Shown here: positions 41,678 to 56,869 of the stretch, piece by piece | How the letters are laid out: every line of letters begins with the position of its first letter | How positions within the stretch are numbered: position 1 is the first letter of the stretch | Source of the DNA: Octopus vulgaris | Lineage: Eukaryota | DNA length: 64,000 nucleotides | NCBI GenBank assembly: GCA_951406725.2 | Contig: OX597820.1 | Coordinates: forward strand, 43,710,001 to 43,774,000 | Direction: 5' to 3' | Translations under genes and position numbers: made by a program | Notes under the pieces: model-generated | The model's database searches: none | Told to the model about the DNA's origin: nothing | The model's input: only the letters and a program-made list of their open reading frames with translations

Positions 41678-41967
41678 TATACATTTTACTCATATACACA
41701 TGTGATTATATGATATACATTTTCGTGTGTTTGTATATATGTGGGAGGGTTTCTGCATAGTAGAAACGCTTAATACGTTGAATGTTGTTTTTAATCTTAT
41801 TACAGTAAGGAAAGCTTCTGCTTTTTTTTATATATTGCATATAGATGACAGAGGAAATATGGGACGGAAAATCTGAATACAATTGCCAAAATATATACCA
41901 GAAATCTTCCTCGAGACGAAGTCCGAAACACTAACTCCACTAAGGCAAAATGGAAATTTATAATAAT

Positions 41968-42823
41968 ATTTTCAAATTTTGCCACAAGGGCAGCAATTTT
42001 GTGGCAGGCAATGAGTCGATTACATCGATCCCAGTGTTCAGCTAGTATTTGATTTATTGAATGCGAAAGGATGAATGGCAAAGTCGACCTCAACGGAATT
42101 TGATCTCAGAAAGTAACGACATGCGAAATACCGCTAAGCGTTTTGTATAGCGTGCTAACGATTCCGCGTGTTGGCTGCCTTAGTGATAATAATAACTATT
42201 TCTACTGTAGGCACAACGCCTGGATTTTGTAGGGTGAGGAACAGTCGATCACATCGACCCCAGTACTCAACTGGTAGTTAATTTATTGAACCTGAAAGGA
42301 TGAAAGACAAAGTTGACTCCGGCGGAATATGAACTCAGAACGTAGCGGCAAACGAAATACTGCTAAGCATTTCGCCCGGCGTGCTAAAGATTCTGCCAAC
42401 ACACCGCCGTAGTGATAATAATAATGGTTTCGAATTTTGCCACAAGGGCATCAATTTTGAGGGAGGGGACTAGTCGATTACATCGACCCCAGTGTTCAAC
42501 TGGTATTTATTTTATCGATCCCGAACGGATGAAAGGCAAGGTCGGCCTAGGTGGAATTTGAACTCAGAACGTAGCGTCAGAAGAAAACTTCTTATTTCTT
42601 TACTACCCACAAGGGGCTAAACACAGAGGGACAAACAAGGACAGACAAGCGGATGAAGTCGATTACATCGACCCCAGTACGTAACTTGTACTTGTTTAAT
42701 CGACCCCGAAAGGATGAAAGGCAAAGTCGACCTCGGCGGAATTTGAACTCAGAACGTAGCGGCAGACGAAATACCACTCAGCATTTCGCCCGGCGTGCTA
42801 ATGTTTCTGCCAGCTCGCCGCCT
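41968..42823 (-). mobile_element. Tandem array of four family A SINE units
   Basis: ACATCGA(C/T)CCCAGT..GGATGAA..TG A(A/T)CTCAGAA module repeated at ~42020, 42250, 42480, 42665. Confidence 0.85.
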
Positions 42824-42861
42824 TAGTAATAATAATAATGATAATAATAATATACTACTAC

Positions 42862-42929
<68 letters not shown>

Positions 42930-43507
42930 TAATAATAATACAAATATGCTGTGTGCGTGTGTGTGTGTGTGCTTGAATGCCTTTAAATTGTAAATATGGG
43001 GGAACTACTTGATTTCAAAATTGTAAATCGTTCATTCATTCCTAATGAAGATTGATCATTCATTGTGATTACAGTTCAAATTAATGATAAATGCTGTTTA
43101 AGTTTGATTACCTACGGTTATGATATATAACTCATAGTAGTATAATCAACCCCTCCCAAAAAAAACGCATTGGGTACTCCCAGCTTGGTGTTATATCCCA
43201 TCAATTGTCAGTAAATAGAGAAAGGTATCAGAATTTAATATTTAAAAGTATTTGTTTGAGATTTTACACATACTTAAAGTGAATTTAAGAATTTTGGTCT
43301 ATTGTGAGATTAAGTGCTCTATTGTGATCTTAGAACCGCAAACAATTTTGCATTTGCTGGATTGAAATGATAGATAAATAGACAGAGACTCAGGGAGACA
43401 GACAGACAGACAGAGAGACGCAGGCGCGCAGACATAAAGACATACAGACACGCAAACACACAGACAGACAAAGAAATAAATGGAATGACGCATGGATGGA
43501 TACATGC

Positions 43508-44867
<1,360 letters not shown>

Positions 44868-45013
44868 GCATCTTAATATGTGTGTACTTCTGTGTGGATA
44901 TACATATATGTAAATGTTATATATGTGTATACGCTTACTCATACAAATTTATGAATGTCTATACTTATACATACTTAAGTAGATCATGCATTTATACATA
45001 CATACATACATAC

Positions 45014-45047
<34 letters not shown>

Positions 45048-45490
45048 GCATGTACACAAATATGATACAATCATACATATGTATGTGTGTTTTAGATATA
45101 TACAGATCAAAGCATATTCTCTATCCTCTCATCTCATCTCATCTCATCTCATGTCTCTATGTCCTTTGATTTCTGTCTGGCATTCGAAATCTCTCTCATG
45201 ATTATAACATTATTTTCACCTTCGTTTGTAGAAGTGCTAATACATATTAATACACGGGTTATTAATATAAAGATACAGAGTTCAATCCGGCATGCGTACG
45301 ACTGTTTCAGTGTATATTCCTCTTCAGTGGATTTTTGTATGGTTTTAAGTTTCGGGTTAATTATTTTCCAGTCATAATTCTTTATCTGTACGTCTCTAAA
45401 GAACGCACACAAATGGATATATATCTGTGTATGTGTTTGTGAGTGTCTGATTTTTACATCTCTCTCTCTTCCTCTCTCTCTCTCCCTCTT

Positions 45491-45584
<94 letters not shown>

Positions 45585-45600
45585 CACACATATATATATA

Positions 45601-46340
45601 GACGCAGGTGTAGTTGTGTGGTAAAAAGCACCATAGGTGGCGAGCTGGCAGAAACGTTAGCACGCTGGGCGAAATCCTTGGCGTTATTTCGTCTGCCGTT
45701 ACGTTCTGAGTTCAAATTACGCCGATGTCGACTTTGCCTTTCATCCTTTCCGGGTCGATAAATTAAGTACCAGTTACACGCTGGGGGCGATATAATCGAC
45801 TTAATCCCTTTGTCTGTCCTTGTTTGTCCCTTCTGTGTTTAGTCCCTTGTGGGTAGTAAAGAAATAGGTATTTCGCCTGCCGCTACGTTCTGAGTTCAAA
45901 TTCCGCGGAGGTCGATTTTGCCTTTCATCCTTTTGGGGTCGATTAAATAAGTACCAGTTACGCACTGGGGTCGATATGATCGACTTAATCCTTGTTTGTC
46001 CCCTCTGTGTATAGCCCCTTGTGGGCAGTAAAGAAATAAGTACCTTGGGCAAGTGTCTTCTACTGTAGCCTTGGGCCAAAAAAGCCTTGTGAGTGGATTT
46101 GGTAGACAGAAAGTGAAGGAAGCCCGCCGTATATGTATATGTTTGTATGTCTGTATTTGTCCCTTGACAACCGATGCTGGTGTGTTTACGTCCCTGCAAC
46201 TTAGCAGTTCGGCAAAAGATGACGATAGAATAAGTATTAGACTTACAAAAAATAAGTCCCGGAGTCGATTCGTTTGACTAAGGATGGTGCTCCAGCATGG
46301 CCACAGACGAATCACTGAAACAAGTAAAAGAATAAAAGAA
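45601..46340 (+). mobile_element. SINE family B interrupted by a dimeric family A SINE (45637-46042)
   Basis: B head at 45601; resumes CCTTGGGCAAGTGTCTTCTAC at 46043; tail ACTGAAACAAGTAAAAGAATAAAAGAA. Confidence 0.8.
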
Positions 46341-46589
46341 TATATGTGTGTGTCTCTGTGTGTGTGTGTGTGTATATGTGTATACTTTATATATATATAT
46401 ATATATACGTACATCCAGTATTTATATATTCATATTTGTATAAATATACATATACACGCATATATAAATGTATGTCTATATAATATATATATATATACAC
46501 ACACATATATATATATATACATACATAAATGTACATTTATAAATAAATATGTTTATATATACATACTTGTATACACATACACACATACA

Positions 46590-47060
46590 AGGTGAAAACA
46601 AAACACGATATTTCGTCCTGAAGGTAGTAGTTTTGTTTAAGTAGCCTGCCTCAGCCTCCACCAAGACCTCGACAGCGCTCCGGATCCTGACTCATGCGTT
46701 GCTCACTTCGGCCCTAAGAATATCTCTGAATAGCTTCCTAGTCTCGGCCGCCAGCTCCACCTTCGTGTTTCAGACAGAGGAGTTCGTGTCTTTCTCACCC
46801 GCACCCCACACATAGTAATCCATAAGATTACAACTGGGGGAATTTAGAGGCCAGATATTGGTTCTGGTCAAGTTGTAGAAAAATCTCTAACAGCCAACTC
46901 TGACACTTTCCAGAGGTATGGCAATGACTCACATCGTACTACGACACATATGGCCTTAGAGCAACAACCCTGTCCAACCAGGTGTTGACCACCACCTCTA
47001 GCACCTTCATATGCTCGTGTGAATTGAGTCTAAGGCCCTGGTGAAATATGTAGTGATAAA
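46590..47060 (-). pseudogene. Tc1/maT-like transposase C-terminal remnant
   Basis: HMKVLEVVVNTWLDRV..IWPLNSPSCNLMDYYVWG..VEAEAGYL matches the WPxxSPDxNPxDxxVW motif. Confidence 0.7.
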
Positions 47061-47262
47061 TTCCGAAATGCGGACGCAACGCTTCCCGTGACCCCTTTTC
47101 TAGGCTGCAGCTTCGTTGTCTCCTTTGCATCTGTCCATGTAACCTCTTACAGTTTTAACAGTGTTCACAGAGAATAGAACAACAGTCATGACGTCGGTAT
47201 TGTGATACATGACATGAATTGTCATAGTACAGATACCTTTTTTCAATATTAAGATGGTTTAG

Positions 47263-47480
47263 GGGCGGCGACCTGGCAGAATCGTTATCACGCCGGCTGA
47301 AATACTTCGTGGTATTTCGTCCGTTTCTATTTTCCCGGTTCAAATTCAGCTGAGGTTGTCTTTGCCTTTCGTCTTTTCGATGTTCATAAATCAAATACCA
47401 GTGAGACATTGGGGTCGATGTAATCGAATAGTCCCACCCTCACTAAATTTCAGGCCTTGTGCCTTTAATAGAATGGAATA
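47263..47480 (+). mobile_element. SINE family A, diverged
   Basis: Head and core match. Confidence 0.75.
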
Positions 47481-47735
47481 TTAAAATGACTTCTATACCA
47501 CAATGTTACCTAACTTTTTCTGACCTACAATTTTAAAATTTATGTTCTCCAATGCCGTTCACTGTTCTAGAAAAGACCAAGATATTCGGAAACAGCATAC
47601 ATACAAAACCGTCAGATGCAGCCAAACAAGATGTTCGGCTGCATCTGACGGCTTTGTCCGCAGGAAGCTGAGTGGACAATGGTTATATACGTAGGGCTCT
47701 TACTCATTTATTCCAAGTAGTACCCTAACTGTATA

Positions 47736-47783
<48 letters not shown>

Positions 47784-47827
47784 CAATATAATAGAATATA
47801 ATATAGAATATAATATAATATAATATA

Positions 47828-47867
<40 letters not shown>

Positions 47868-47992
47868 TTTTTATTTTACGAGGAAAAAGTTGTTGATACT
47901 AACTACGAAATTTCTGGTTAATTGCCTTTATCTTGACGATTGCAATTAAGCCGAAAGTTCAAAGTCTCTATTAAATTTTCGACGTAAAAATG

Positions 47993-48078
<86 letters not shown>

Positions 48079-48164
48079 ATATATATACACATATATTTAC
48101 ATATATCTATATATAAATAGTATTATTATTATATATGTATGTATGTGTGTGTATATATATATAT

Positions 48165-48195
<31 letters not shown>

Positions 48196-48858
48196 TTATG
48201 CATATACATATGTATTATATTATATTATATACAATTTATATGTATATAGAAAGAGAGAGAGACAAAGAGAGAGTGAGTGACGTAGAGAGAGACACACGTA
48301 CGTACGTAAATACATACATGCATAAAAATACATAAATACATACATATATACACACATGCATACACACATGCATACATACATACATACATACATACATACA
48401 TACATAAATACACATGTTTATTTGTGTAATATAGGAAGTAAATAGAGAATGGATCCCTAGCGAGCTTTGTTTATCCAGAGAATAGAACACCGGACAACAC
48501 ATTGAAGTTCTGAGCGTAGATGAGTGGGTCGTACACCCCTGTACCCTTCATGTAATCATCAAACTGAGTCAGTATGGCATAGTGAATGAGAACTTTTAAT
48601 CACAAGAAAATTTATCTAAGTGATTTCAACGCGCTTTACATTTAAATATCTATGCTTTCTTATCCCTACGCATTCCGTCCAAATGATGCTGTAGAGGCGC
48701 TTATCAAAGTTTATTATCAGCTGTCGCCAATCCCACATCGTTTCTCTTTTTTTTTCTCATGCACTCATAATGCCATACTTTCTCTGTGATAAAAGGACTA
48801 TCAGAAACGTCAATTTTTAAACTTATTTCTTTGGTGTGTATGTATTTTCACCATATAT

Positions 48859-48987
<129 letters not shown>

Positions 48988-49145
48988 ATTTCATATTTAT
49001 ACGCTAGTTCAGTTCTGTGTTTCTCTTGTATAGTAGAATTTGCCCACTTTCTACTTACTACGTAATTTTACTCGTTTTATTTGTGTGAAATTTTATCTAT
49101 CTATCTATCGATAGATCGATCGATCTATATATTATCCGTATATAA

Positions 49146-49192
<47 letters not shown>

Positions 49193-49276
49193 TATATATA
49201 TATGTATATATGTATATATATATATATATGTATATCTATCTATGTATCTTAATGTGTCTTATACATATATATATAC

Positions 49277-49371
<95 letters not shown>

Positions 49372-49601
49372 CATATATGTAATGTATATGTACGTGTGTA
49401 TGTATATATGCATGTATGTAAATTACTGTTGTTAATATTCACCACAGATAATGTTAACAATAGAGCTATCGTATTTCGAATGTAAGCATTCGATATTTGC
49501 TCATAAATATATTTGCATCGTGTGGACTGGTTTCCGCGCAAAACAAATCAGAACACTAATAGACTTATAACGTGGTGGATTTAGAATTTTTTCTTCAGTA
49601 A

Positions 49602-49659
49602 CTCATATTGATGAAGGTTGAGTCCCATTGGGACAGCACCCGAAGCCATGGTATATGAG
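49602..49659 (+). ncRNA. Decayed hammerhead ribozyme motif
   Basis: CUCAUA UUGAUGA ..GUCCC AUU GGGAC.. GAAG CCAUGG UA UAUGAG; perfect 6 bp helix I, palindromic helix III, two core transitions. Confidence 0.6.
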
Positions 49660-49850
49660 CATCTTAATGGCATAATCTTTAATGGTATGCTTTTTAATTT
49701 CTTATTTCTTTATCCGTTTCCTCACTTATTTTCTGTTCTTATGTTATTTTCTGTTCTTATGGTGCTTTTCGGCGGTTGAATTGTGTCTTTAACTCCTATT
49801 TCTAAATAGGTTGACGCTTCGCGCACCCTTATGCTTCGTGCTATATATAT

Positions 49851-50730
49851 AGGCGCAGTTGTGGCTGTGTGGTAAGAAGCTTGTTTTCCAGACGCATGAT
49901 TCCGGGTTCAATTCTACTGCGTGGCACGTTGGGCAAGTGTCTTCTACCATAGGCTCGGGCTGACCAAAGCCTTGCGCCTGGATTTGGTAGACAGAAACTG
50001 GAAGAGGTACGTCGTACAGGTGTGTGTGTCTGTGCGTGCGTGTGTGTGTTTGTGCTTGTATCCTCATCACTGATTTACAACCGGATTTGGTGTGTTTATG
50101 TCGCTGTAACATAGCGGTTCGGCAAAATAGACCAATACAATTAGTACTAAGCTTTTAAAAATATGTTCTGGAGTCGATTTGTTCGACTAAAATACTTGAG
50201 GACAGTGCTCCAGCATGACTGCAATCAAATGACTGAAACCAAAAAATGGAATAAAAGAATATAGATAGACAGATAAATAGATAGATTGGGAAGCATGGGT
50301 GTGTGGTAAGAAGCAAGCTTCCCATCTACAGGGTTATGGGTTCAGTCCCACTGCGTGGCATTTTGAGTAAGAGTCTTTTACTATAGGTTCGATTCGATCA
50401 AAACCTTGTGTGTGGATTTCATCGACGGAAACTGAATGGAGCCCGTCGTAAAGATATTTATCTCCATGTGTGTGTGTGTGTGTTTGTGTCTGTGCGCACG
50501 CACGTCTGAGTGTGTGTGTGTCTTTGTGCCTGTTTGTATTCCGCCACCGCTTGACAACCGATAGTGGTGTGTTTACGTTCCCGTAACATAGCGGTTTGGC
50601 AAATCGGACAGATAGAATAAGTATCAGTATTAATTAAAAAAGAAAATAATAAATACTGGGGTTGATTCATTCGGCTAGAAATTCTTCAAGTTGATGGCCC
50701 CAATATGGCCGCTTTCTAATGGCTGTTTCT
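49851..50730 (+). mobile_element. Two tandem family B SINEs (49851-50260, ~50290-50730)
   Basis: Both have the GTGTGGTAAGAAGC head, an internal (GT)n and a matching 3' body. Confidence 0.8.
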
Positions 50731-51909
50731 TCATTCTTCAAATATGCTCAAATCTTGTATCATGATAATCACCACCAAATGTATGATCACATGATTGTGA
50801 CACAATTAATTTAAATAAAATTATTTATATACCAGGTTTATGGAATTATATATTCGGTGGTGTTTATCCTAATGACACAGCTACATATACTTGTCCTACA
50901 AAGTCTTCTTGATTTTGACCGATCAACTTTCGGCCTACCCGTGCATTGCTTCTACAAGATTATTCCCTTACTTTTAAACACCATCCTGGCTTTCCTATTA
51001 TCGTCTCTCCAGCTTTATGTTTACACAGAAATGCGTCCACAGTATTCATCCCTGTATGTAGTTTTGTTTTTCTGATGCAACAAAATTTATGTTGGTAAAA
51101 GATGCAACAACTTCTACTCAAGCACATTTATCCATTTTTGATTCCTTCTTCGATCCACTATACTTCTCTTACATCAGTGACGTCGTTGGGAAAGATATAA
51201 ACGGCAAATAATATTCTTCCTCTAATAATATCAATGGTCTTGTGCCAATAAAAGAAATCAATATTTCTTACTGTTTGAATCGTCTGTCTGTTAGTTTCGA
51301 AAGAAATTAATTTGCTTATTCAGACAAAGAAACCGAACCGAATTTAATATAAGGAATATAGGTAAGGGAATGAATGTGAACTTGTAAAAACAAGCAAGCC
51401 AGAACAAAAGTGGAGTGGAGTGTATTGGTGAACTTACTCAATTACTACAAACTTCGTGAGACTAGGTTGAAACTGTACATATATGTGACATCTAACGACA
51501 GACAGTGTCTGCTTCTGTGATATTTCGGGCATGAATATTGAAGATGTTGGGTGATAAAAACAAAGGAATACTCTGCTTAGGGGTAATGCTCATTAAGCCT
51601 TAATTATATATGTGTGTAAGATGAAGGAGGCAGTGTTAGCTACAACAAAGCCAGAACCATTATTTTATATTGGTTTACATAGGGATTTCAAATCCTTTAA
51701 GCACATATGCTCTTTCAGCATCAGTAGTAGTATGGAGTCCTGCACGACAAATGAAGTATGTGATTATATCAAAATCTTTAAAACATAAAGATGCTGATCA
51801 TATTTTAGCGGGGGAAAATGGAAGGGAATGAGTGACGCAATTGAAGTAAAACTACACGAAATTAAGCATCAAAACACGGACACGGTTTCAGGCTCACAAA
51901 ATGTTCAAT

Positions 51910-52320
51910 CTTATTTCTTTACTCCCCACAAGGGGCTAAACACAGAGAAGACAAACAAGGACAGACAAAGGGATTAAGTCCATTACATCGACCCCAGTGC
52001 GTAACTGGTACTTAATTTAATCGACCCCGAAAGAATGAAAGGTAAAGTCGACCTCGGTGGAATTTGAACTCAGAATGTAGTGGCAGACGAAATACCTATT
52101 TCTTTACTACCCACAAGGGGCTAAACACAGAGAAGACAAACAAGGACAGACAAAGGGATTAAGTCGATTACATCGACCCCAGTGCGTAACTGGTACTTAA
52201 TTTATTGATCCCGAAAGGATGAAAGGCAAAGTGGCCCTAAGCTGAATTTGAACTCAGAACGTAGCGGCAGGCGAAATACTGCTAAGCATATCGCCCGGCG
52301 TGCTAACGTTTCTGCCAGCT
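51910..52320 (-). mobile_element. Dimeric family A SINE
   Basis: Two ~185 bp units joined at AAAGAAATA|GGTATTTCG (minus strand). Confidence 0.85.
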
Positions 52321-54581
52321 GTTCAATTTTACTCAACGGAAACGCCTCTCTATCCTGACATTATAATGTTCCTTGCTAAAGCACAACATCCCATATTTGC
52401 TGTAAAAGAACATAAAATTATGAAATGCTGTTCTTTTTCTTGAGACGACATAATTTAAATAGTATTGCTACAACCTAGAATTGCTCACAGAATTTTGCTC
52501 ATTCTTTGTTGTTGTTGTTGTTGTTACTTAACCCCAGCTATATTGATAGAGTAAGCTTGTAAGCAAAGACATTATAATTGTGATTATCCCGCTTTTTCAT
52601 ATATAATGTATGTTAAACTACATTACCAAACGTGTCCTTCTCTTATGAAGGTAGTCTGAGTTTCAAGAGGAAGTTGGTTACTGTTTCTTCCAGACCGAAT
52701 GTCTATGTAATCGCTCTGTTGTTTTGGACTAATTTGTATAAGAGAAGAAGACCTCTGGTAAGCTGAATTTTCTTATTGCTTATTGACCCATTTCACTCTA
52801 ACGATATCACGAAATTTCTTGTCAATATATGAACGTCACAATATTTCTCAATGGATTACTCTGGTTGAAGTAACTCTGGATGCTTCTAGGACAGAGTAAG
52901 TTGATTCAGTAGATGTTTATCTCGAAAATCTGCAAACAGTCAATTGCAGAAAAAAAAAAACAAGTTGGGAGAAAAATCTAAGGAAATGATGCTCAGAGAT
53001 GATTAAACTTAGTAGTACAGACGGAATTTTTGGTGGAATACAAAATATGTTTGTGAAGTCATGTGACACACGACTTTGCATGTTGCAATCATGATCGCAA
53101 AACCGTTGCCTCTATACCCGGACCGGGAGGTGCATTGTGTTCTTGAGCATGAATTTCATTTCATGTTGCTCCATGAGCAACCCTGAGAAGGACTGGCTCA
53201 GGGTTACTCCGCTCAGGAGGGCTATTGTGATTTCAGTCACTCGTTCCTAAAGTGGTTAACCGGTCTTATGAATCGTAGGACTCGAGACAGAAATATTCAG
53301 GAGACTTCTACAATATGAACCGGAGAAAGCACGAGTGAATGTGGCGTGAGGACGGCCGACAAGGGTAGGCCACTGCAATAGCGGCACTCGGTGCATTGAT
53401 ATCCGAGACTATTTACTTATTATCAGACCATAACAATCATTTTACTAACATTCAGTATTGAGTGTTGTAATGTAGAATTCAGCTTTCGGCGTACTCAGAC
53501 GGTGAGCAAATTTCAAATCTGGTTCGCAGTCATTCTAGTTTTAAAATGTAAGACATCAATATTTAAATAAAGACAAAAACAAAAACGTAAATGGAAATAT
53601 TTTTTGGAAAGCTAAATGGATAAAAGGGTTACTTAGATAAATGATACTCTAATTGCAAAGTCATCTCTTGGTAAATATAATGTAATAGTTTGTTTGGGTA
53701 TTTCTTAGTTGTCTTTTATGTAATACCAATCCAGAGGAATTATTTCTTTTTATTAGATAATTATCTTGTATTAAAGTCTGTTCTGGGTCATTGCTCTAAG
53801 GTAAACATCTCCGATTGAATAAATAAAACATATAGGAAAAATTGCTTAGATGAAAGAAAAAAATAAGGAAAGATAGGGGTGCTGGCGATTGAGAATGAGA
53901 GAGAGAGAGAAAGTGGGAGAGAGGGAGGGAGGTTGGTTGGTAAAGGAAAGTGAATAAAGTTACAATGAAAGGGAATTACAGAATATAGGTTTTAAAAGAC
54001 AAAAACAATGGGGAAGCGGACAACGAGGAGAAATGTTAAAGAGAATTGCTGGAAGAGTATAAAACAAAAATGTTACTAATTTTAGTACGAGTCAGCAACT
54101 TGATGAAAAGGGGCAAGTCGATTGCATAGACCGCTGTACTTGCCAGTTTCCATTATTACATCAGTAATTTATGCAGACATAAATTACATAAATTACCATC
54201 GTGCTTATTTCACAGCCCTTTCTCTATCATCTCTTTGTGTATTATGTTTTTCTTCTTGTTCGCGCTCACTCTCTCCCTCTCACACTCCCCCTCTCTCACT
54301 CTTTCTTTCCACGGTCAGCTTTGCTTTTCATCCTTTCGGGATCGATTAAATAAGTACCAGCTCAAAGCTGGGGTCGATGTAATCGATTTAACCCCTCCCA
54401 CGAATTTACTGGCATTGTGCCAACGTTTGAAATTAATATGAAGTCTGTCCTGCAGTGAACGCAGAAGCTCATTACTTTTCTTCTGGTTTTTGTGTACACA
54501 GTGATAATTATATAGAACATGTCTTGTCTTTGAAATGTTATATTAAAAGATAGAAACCGTGTAGAATATGAGTTATGTATA

Positions 54582-54886
54582 CAGTAATCCCTAGACTATC
54601 GCGGGTGTTACGTTCCAAAACCCCCCGCGATAGGTAAAAATCCGCAAAGTCGAAACAATACTGTGCTGTATATATATTTTCTATTTTTATAATTTGCATA
54701 TATTTATTTTATTACAAATGCAAAACAACACCACAGAAGAATCGACGTAAGCTTAAATAAGGGACTGCAACAGGTGAACCGCGATAGGTGAACCGCGATA
54801 GGTGAACCGCGATAGGTGAGCCGCGATAGATGAGCCGCGATAGGTGAACCGCGGCAGGTGAACCGTGATATGGCGAGGTATTATTG
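54582..54886. mobile_element. pogo/Tigger-like MITE with internal 14 bp tandem repeat
   Basis: TA|CAGTAATCCCT..AGGTATTATTG|TA ends; (AGGTGAACCGCGAT) about 7 times at 54772-54870. Confidence 0.75.
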
Positions 54887-54915
54887 TATTGTGTCTTAAT
54901 TTATGGTAATAAGAA

Positions 54916-55126
54916 AGCGGCGAACTGACAAAAACCGGTAACACGGCGGGAAAAAGCTTAGCGGCATTTCGTCAATCTTTACATTTTTCGTTCAAATTCC
55001 ACCGAGCTCAACTTTGCCTTTCATCCTTTTGGAGTCGATGAAATAAGCACGAGTTGAACACAGGAGTCAATGTAATCGACTTAGCCCCTCCCCCGAAATT
55101 GCTGGCCTTGTGCCAGAATTTGAAAC
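54916..55126 (+). mobile_element. SINE family A, diverged
   Basis: Head and core match. Confidence 0.7.
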
Positions 55127-55139
55127 CTATGTAAGGAAA

Positions 55140-55538
55140 TCTTTATATATAAAAGTCAAGTTGTGTGTCTGTCTCCTACGATTTAGATTCCTAACTACTC
55201 CCACATTTTGCGGTGCAGTTTAACCAAAACCGGGTATCTTATAGTCGTGATTCATATCGAGCCCTTCTGGGTATTAGCGCGCGTCTACGATGAGTCTACG
55301 ATTTAAAAAAAAATTTACCATCATTTTTTTCCATTTTAATGCATTTTTTTCGCTATTATATAAGGGAAGTAACTCTCTAAAAATGTCTACGATGAGTCAA
55401 CGATTTTGTAAAAAATTTACCATCATTTTTTTTTTCATTTTTAATGCATTTTTTTGCTATTTTTTGGCTATAATTCTCTAAAAATGCTTATATAGTTATT
55501 TCCCTTACAAACCCGAGCAACGCCGGGCGATATGCTAG
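55140..55538 (+). mobile_element. Non-autonomous Helitron (copy 3 of 3)
   Basis: A|TC..CCCGAGCAACGCCGGG..CTAG|T. Confidence 0.9.
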
Positions 55539-56244
55539 TGATTATATAAAAATATGCGTGGCGTTCTTTTACTGGATAATGAATATTTACAGTAAGAGCT
55601 GATTTGCCTCCTTTAGTTTCTCATTCTGCGTTGTATACTTTGTGTATGTTGAGCTAGATTTGATCATGATTGAAACGGGTACTAACAAAGTTTTTAGATC
55701 AAGGCAAAGTGTGTGAATTAGAGACGTTTTCCATATTTGATTAGTTCCTAAAAAAGGTAGATTTCAAACTGAAGCTGTAGGCCCTGTGTGACCTATTGTC
55801 ATGATTCACGAGTGTTTGACGAAATGAATGACAATTGAAACATCCAAATGAGTAACTAATGTGATTGTTTTAAATATTCCGTATCTTCTGCATATGGTAT
55901 ATTAGCCGTCAAATGTTCAGGTTTCTTTAATTCACGTACACATGAATTCAGAGCGCCGACTTCTGGATATATATTTGCGCATTCTCGGTTTTTAAGTAAC
56001 CTGCTAACATGAACGAAGTTGCCATCGCCTCAGATTGATAGATAGACATATAGATAGATTTATTCATACATGCATACATACATACATACATACATACATA
56101 AATACATACATACAAACATACCTACATACATATATGCATAAACATACACACATACGCATGTATATACATTGGTATATACATATATAGATATACATACATG
56201 CATTTAGATGTATATATATGTTTATACATATATATATATATATA

Positions 56245-56717
56245 GTTATCAGTAATAATAATAAAGGGTGAAATTACACGCGGGTGGAAGGGGGCTGGTG
56301 ACACAAACTTTCATTCAAACTTTGAATTTCGTGGTACTGGTCATGCTTTGGCTCGCTCTGACACTGAGTTGAGATGATGCATTCTAGTATCTCAAAATTT
56401 AATATACAATTATTCATAATTGTCGTATCCTGCGCCGATGAGAGAAGAAGTTTGGGTAAAGTAGAATTTTCTAATCCTTATGCTATCCTAAAACTTGATC
56501 TCGAAACGTACGTCCGTAGGTAACTTAAAATTGCATGATAGATTGCCGTCATTTCATTCTTTCTTTCTTACCTGTCTGTGTTTGCCTTTCAAGTGCTGTG
56601 TTTTTACTGAGATCACCCTTTTAGTAGAAGGAATAGCTATATCTCTTTGACTGCTATTTCTAAATTCGGTGTGTTGGTGAGGCAATTCGTTGCTAAACCC
56701 TTAATTACTTAGTATTA

Positions 56718-56721
<4 letters not shown>
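56245..56721 (+). mobile_element. Second copy of the HHR-bearing element, between (TA)n tracts, with a short 5' inversion
   Basis: 56275-56677 matches 27473-27875; 56245-56276 is an inverted copy of 27402-27430; 3' end runs into the sequence that starts the 27286 unit. Confidence 0.8.
56429..56520 (+). ncRNA. Type I hammerhead ribozyme, CCGAUGA core, palindromic helix III
   Basis: CCUGCG CCGAUGA GAGA..UCUC GAAAC GUAC GUC CGUAGG; predicted cut after C56514. Confidence 0.82.
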
Positions 56722-56785
<64 letters not shown>

Positions 56786-56834
56786 AATACATATATATAT
56801 AACTGTGTGTGTATGTATAAATACATATATATAT

Positions 56835-56869
<35 letters not shown>

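Noticed and set aside
47625-47657. Hairpin CCGTCAGATGCAGCC/GGCTGCATCTGACGG as a terminator
   Set aside because: Eukaryotic DNA; more likely a small fold-back junction, with no other support.
54772-54870. Regular 14 bp repeats as a CRISPR or iteron array
   Set aside because: No spacers, eukaryotic context, and located inside a MITE.
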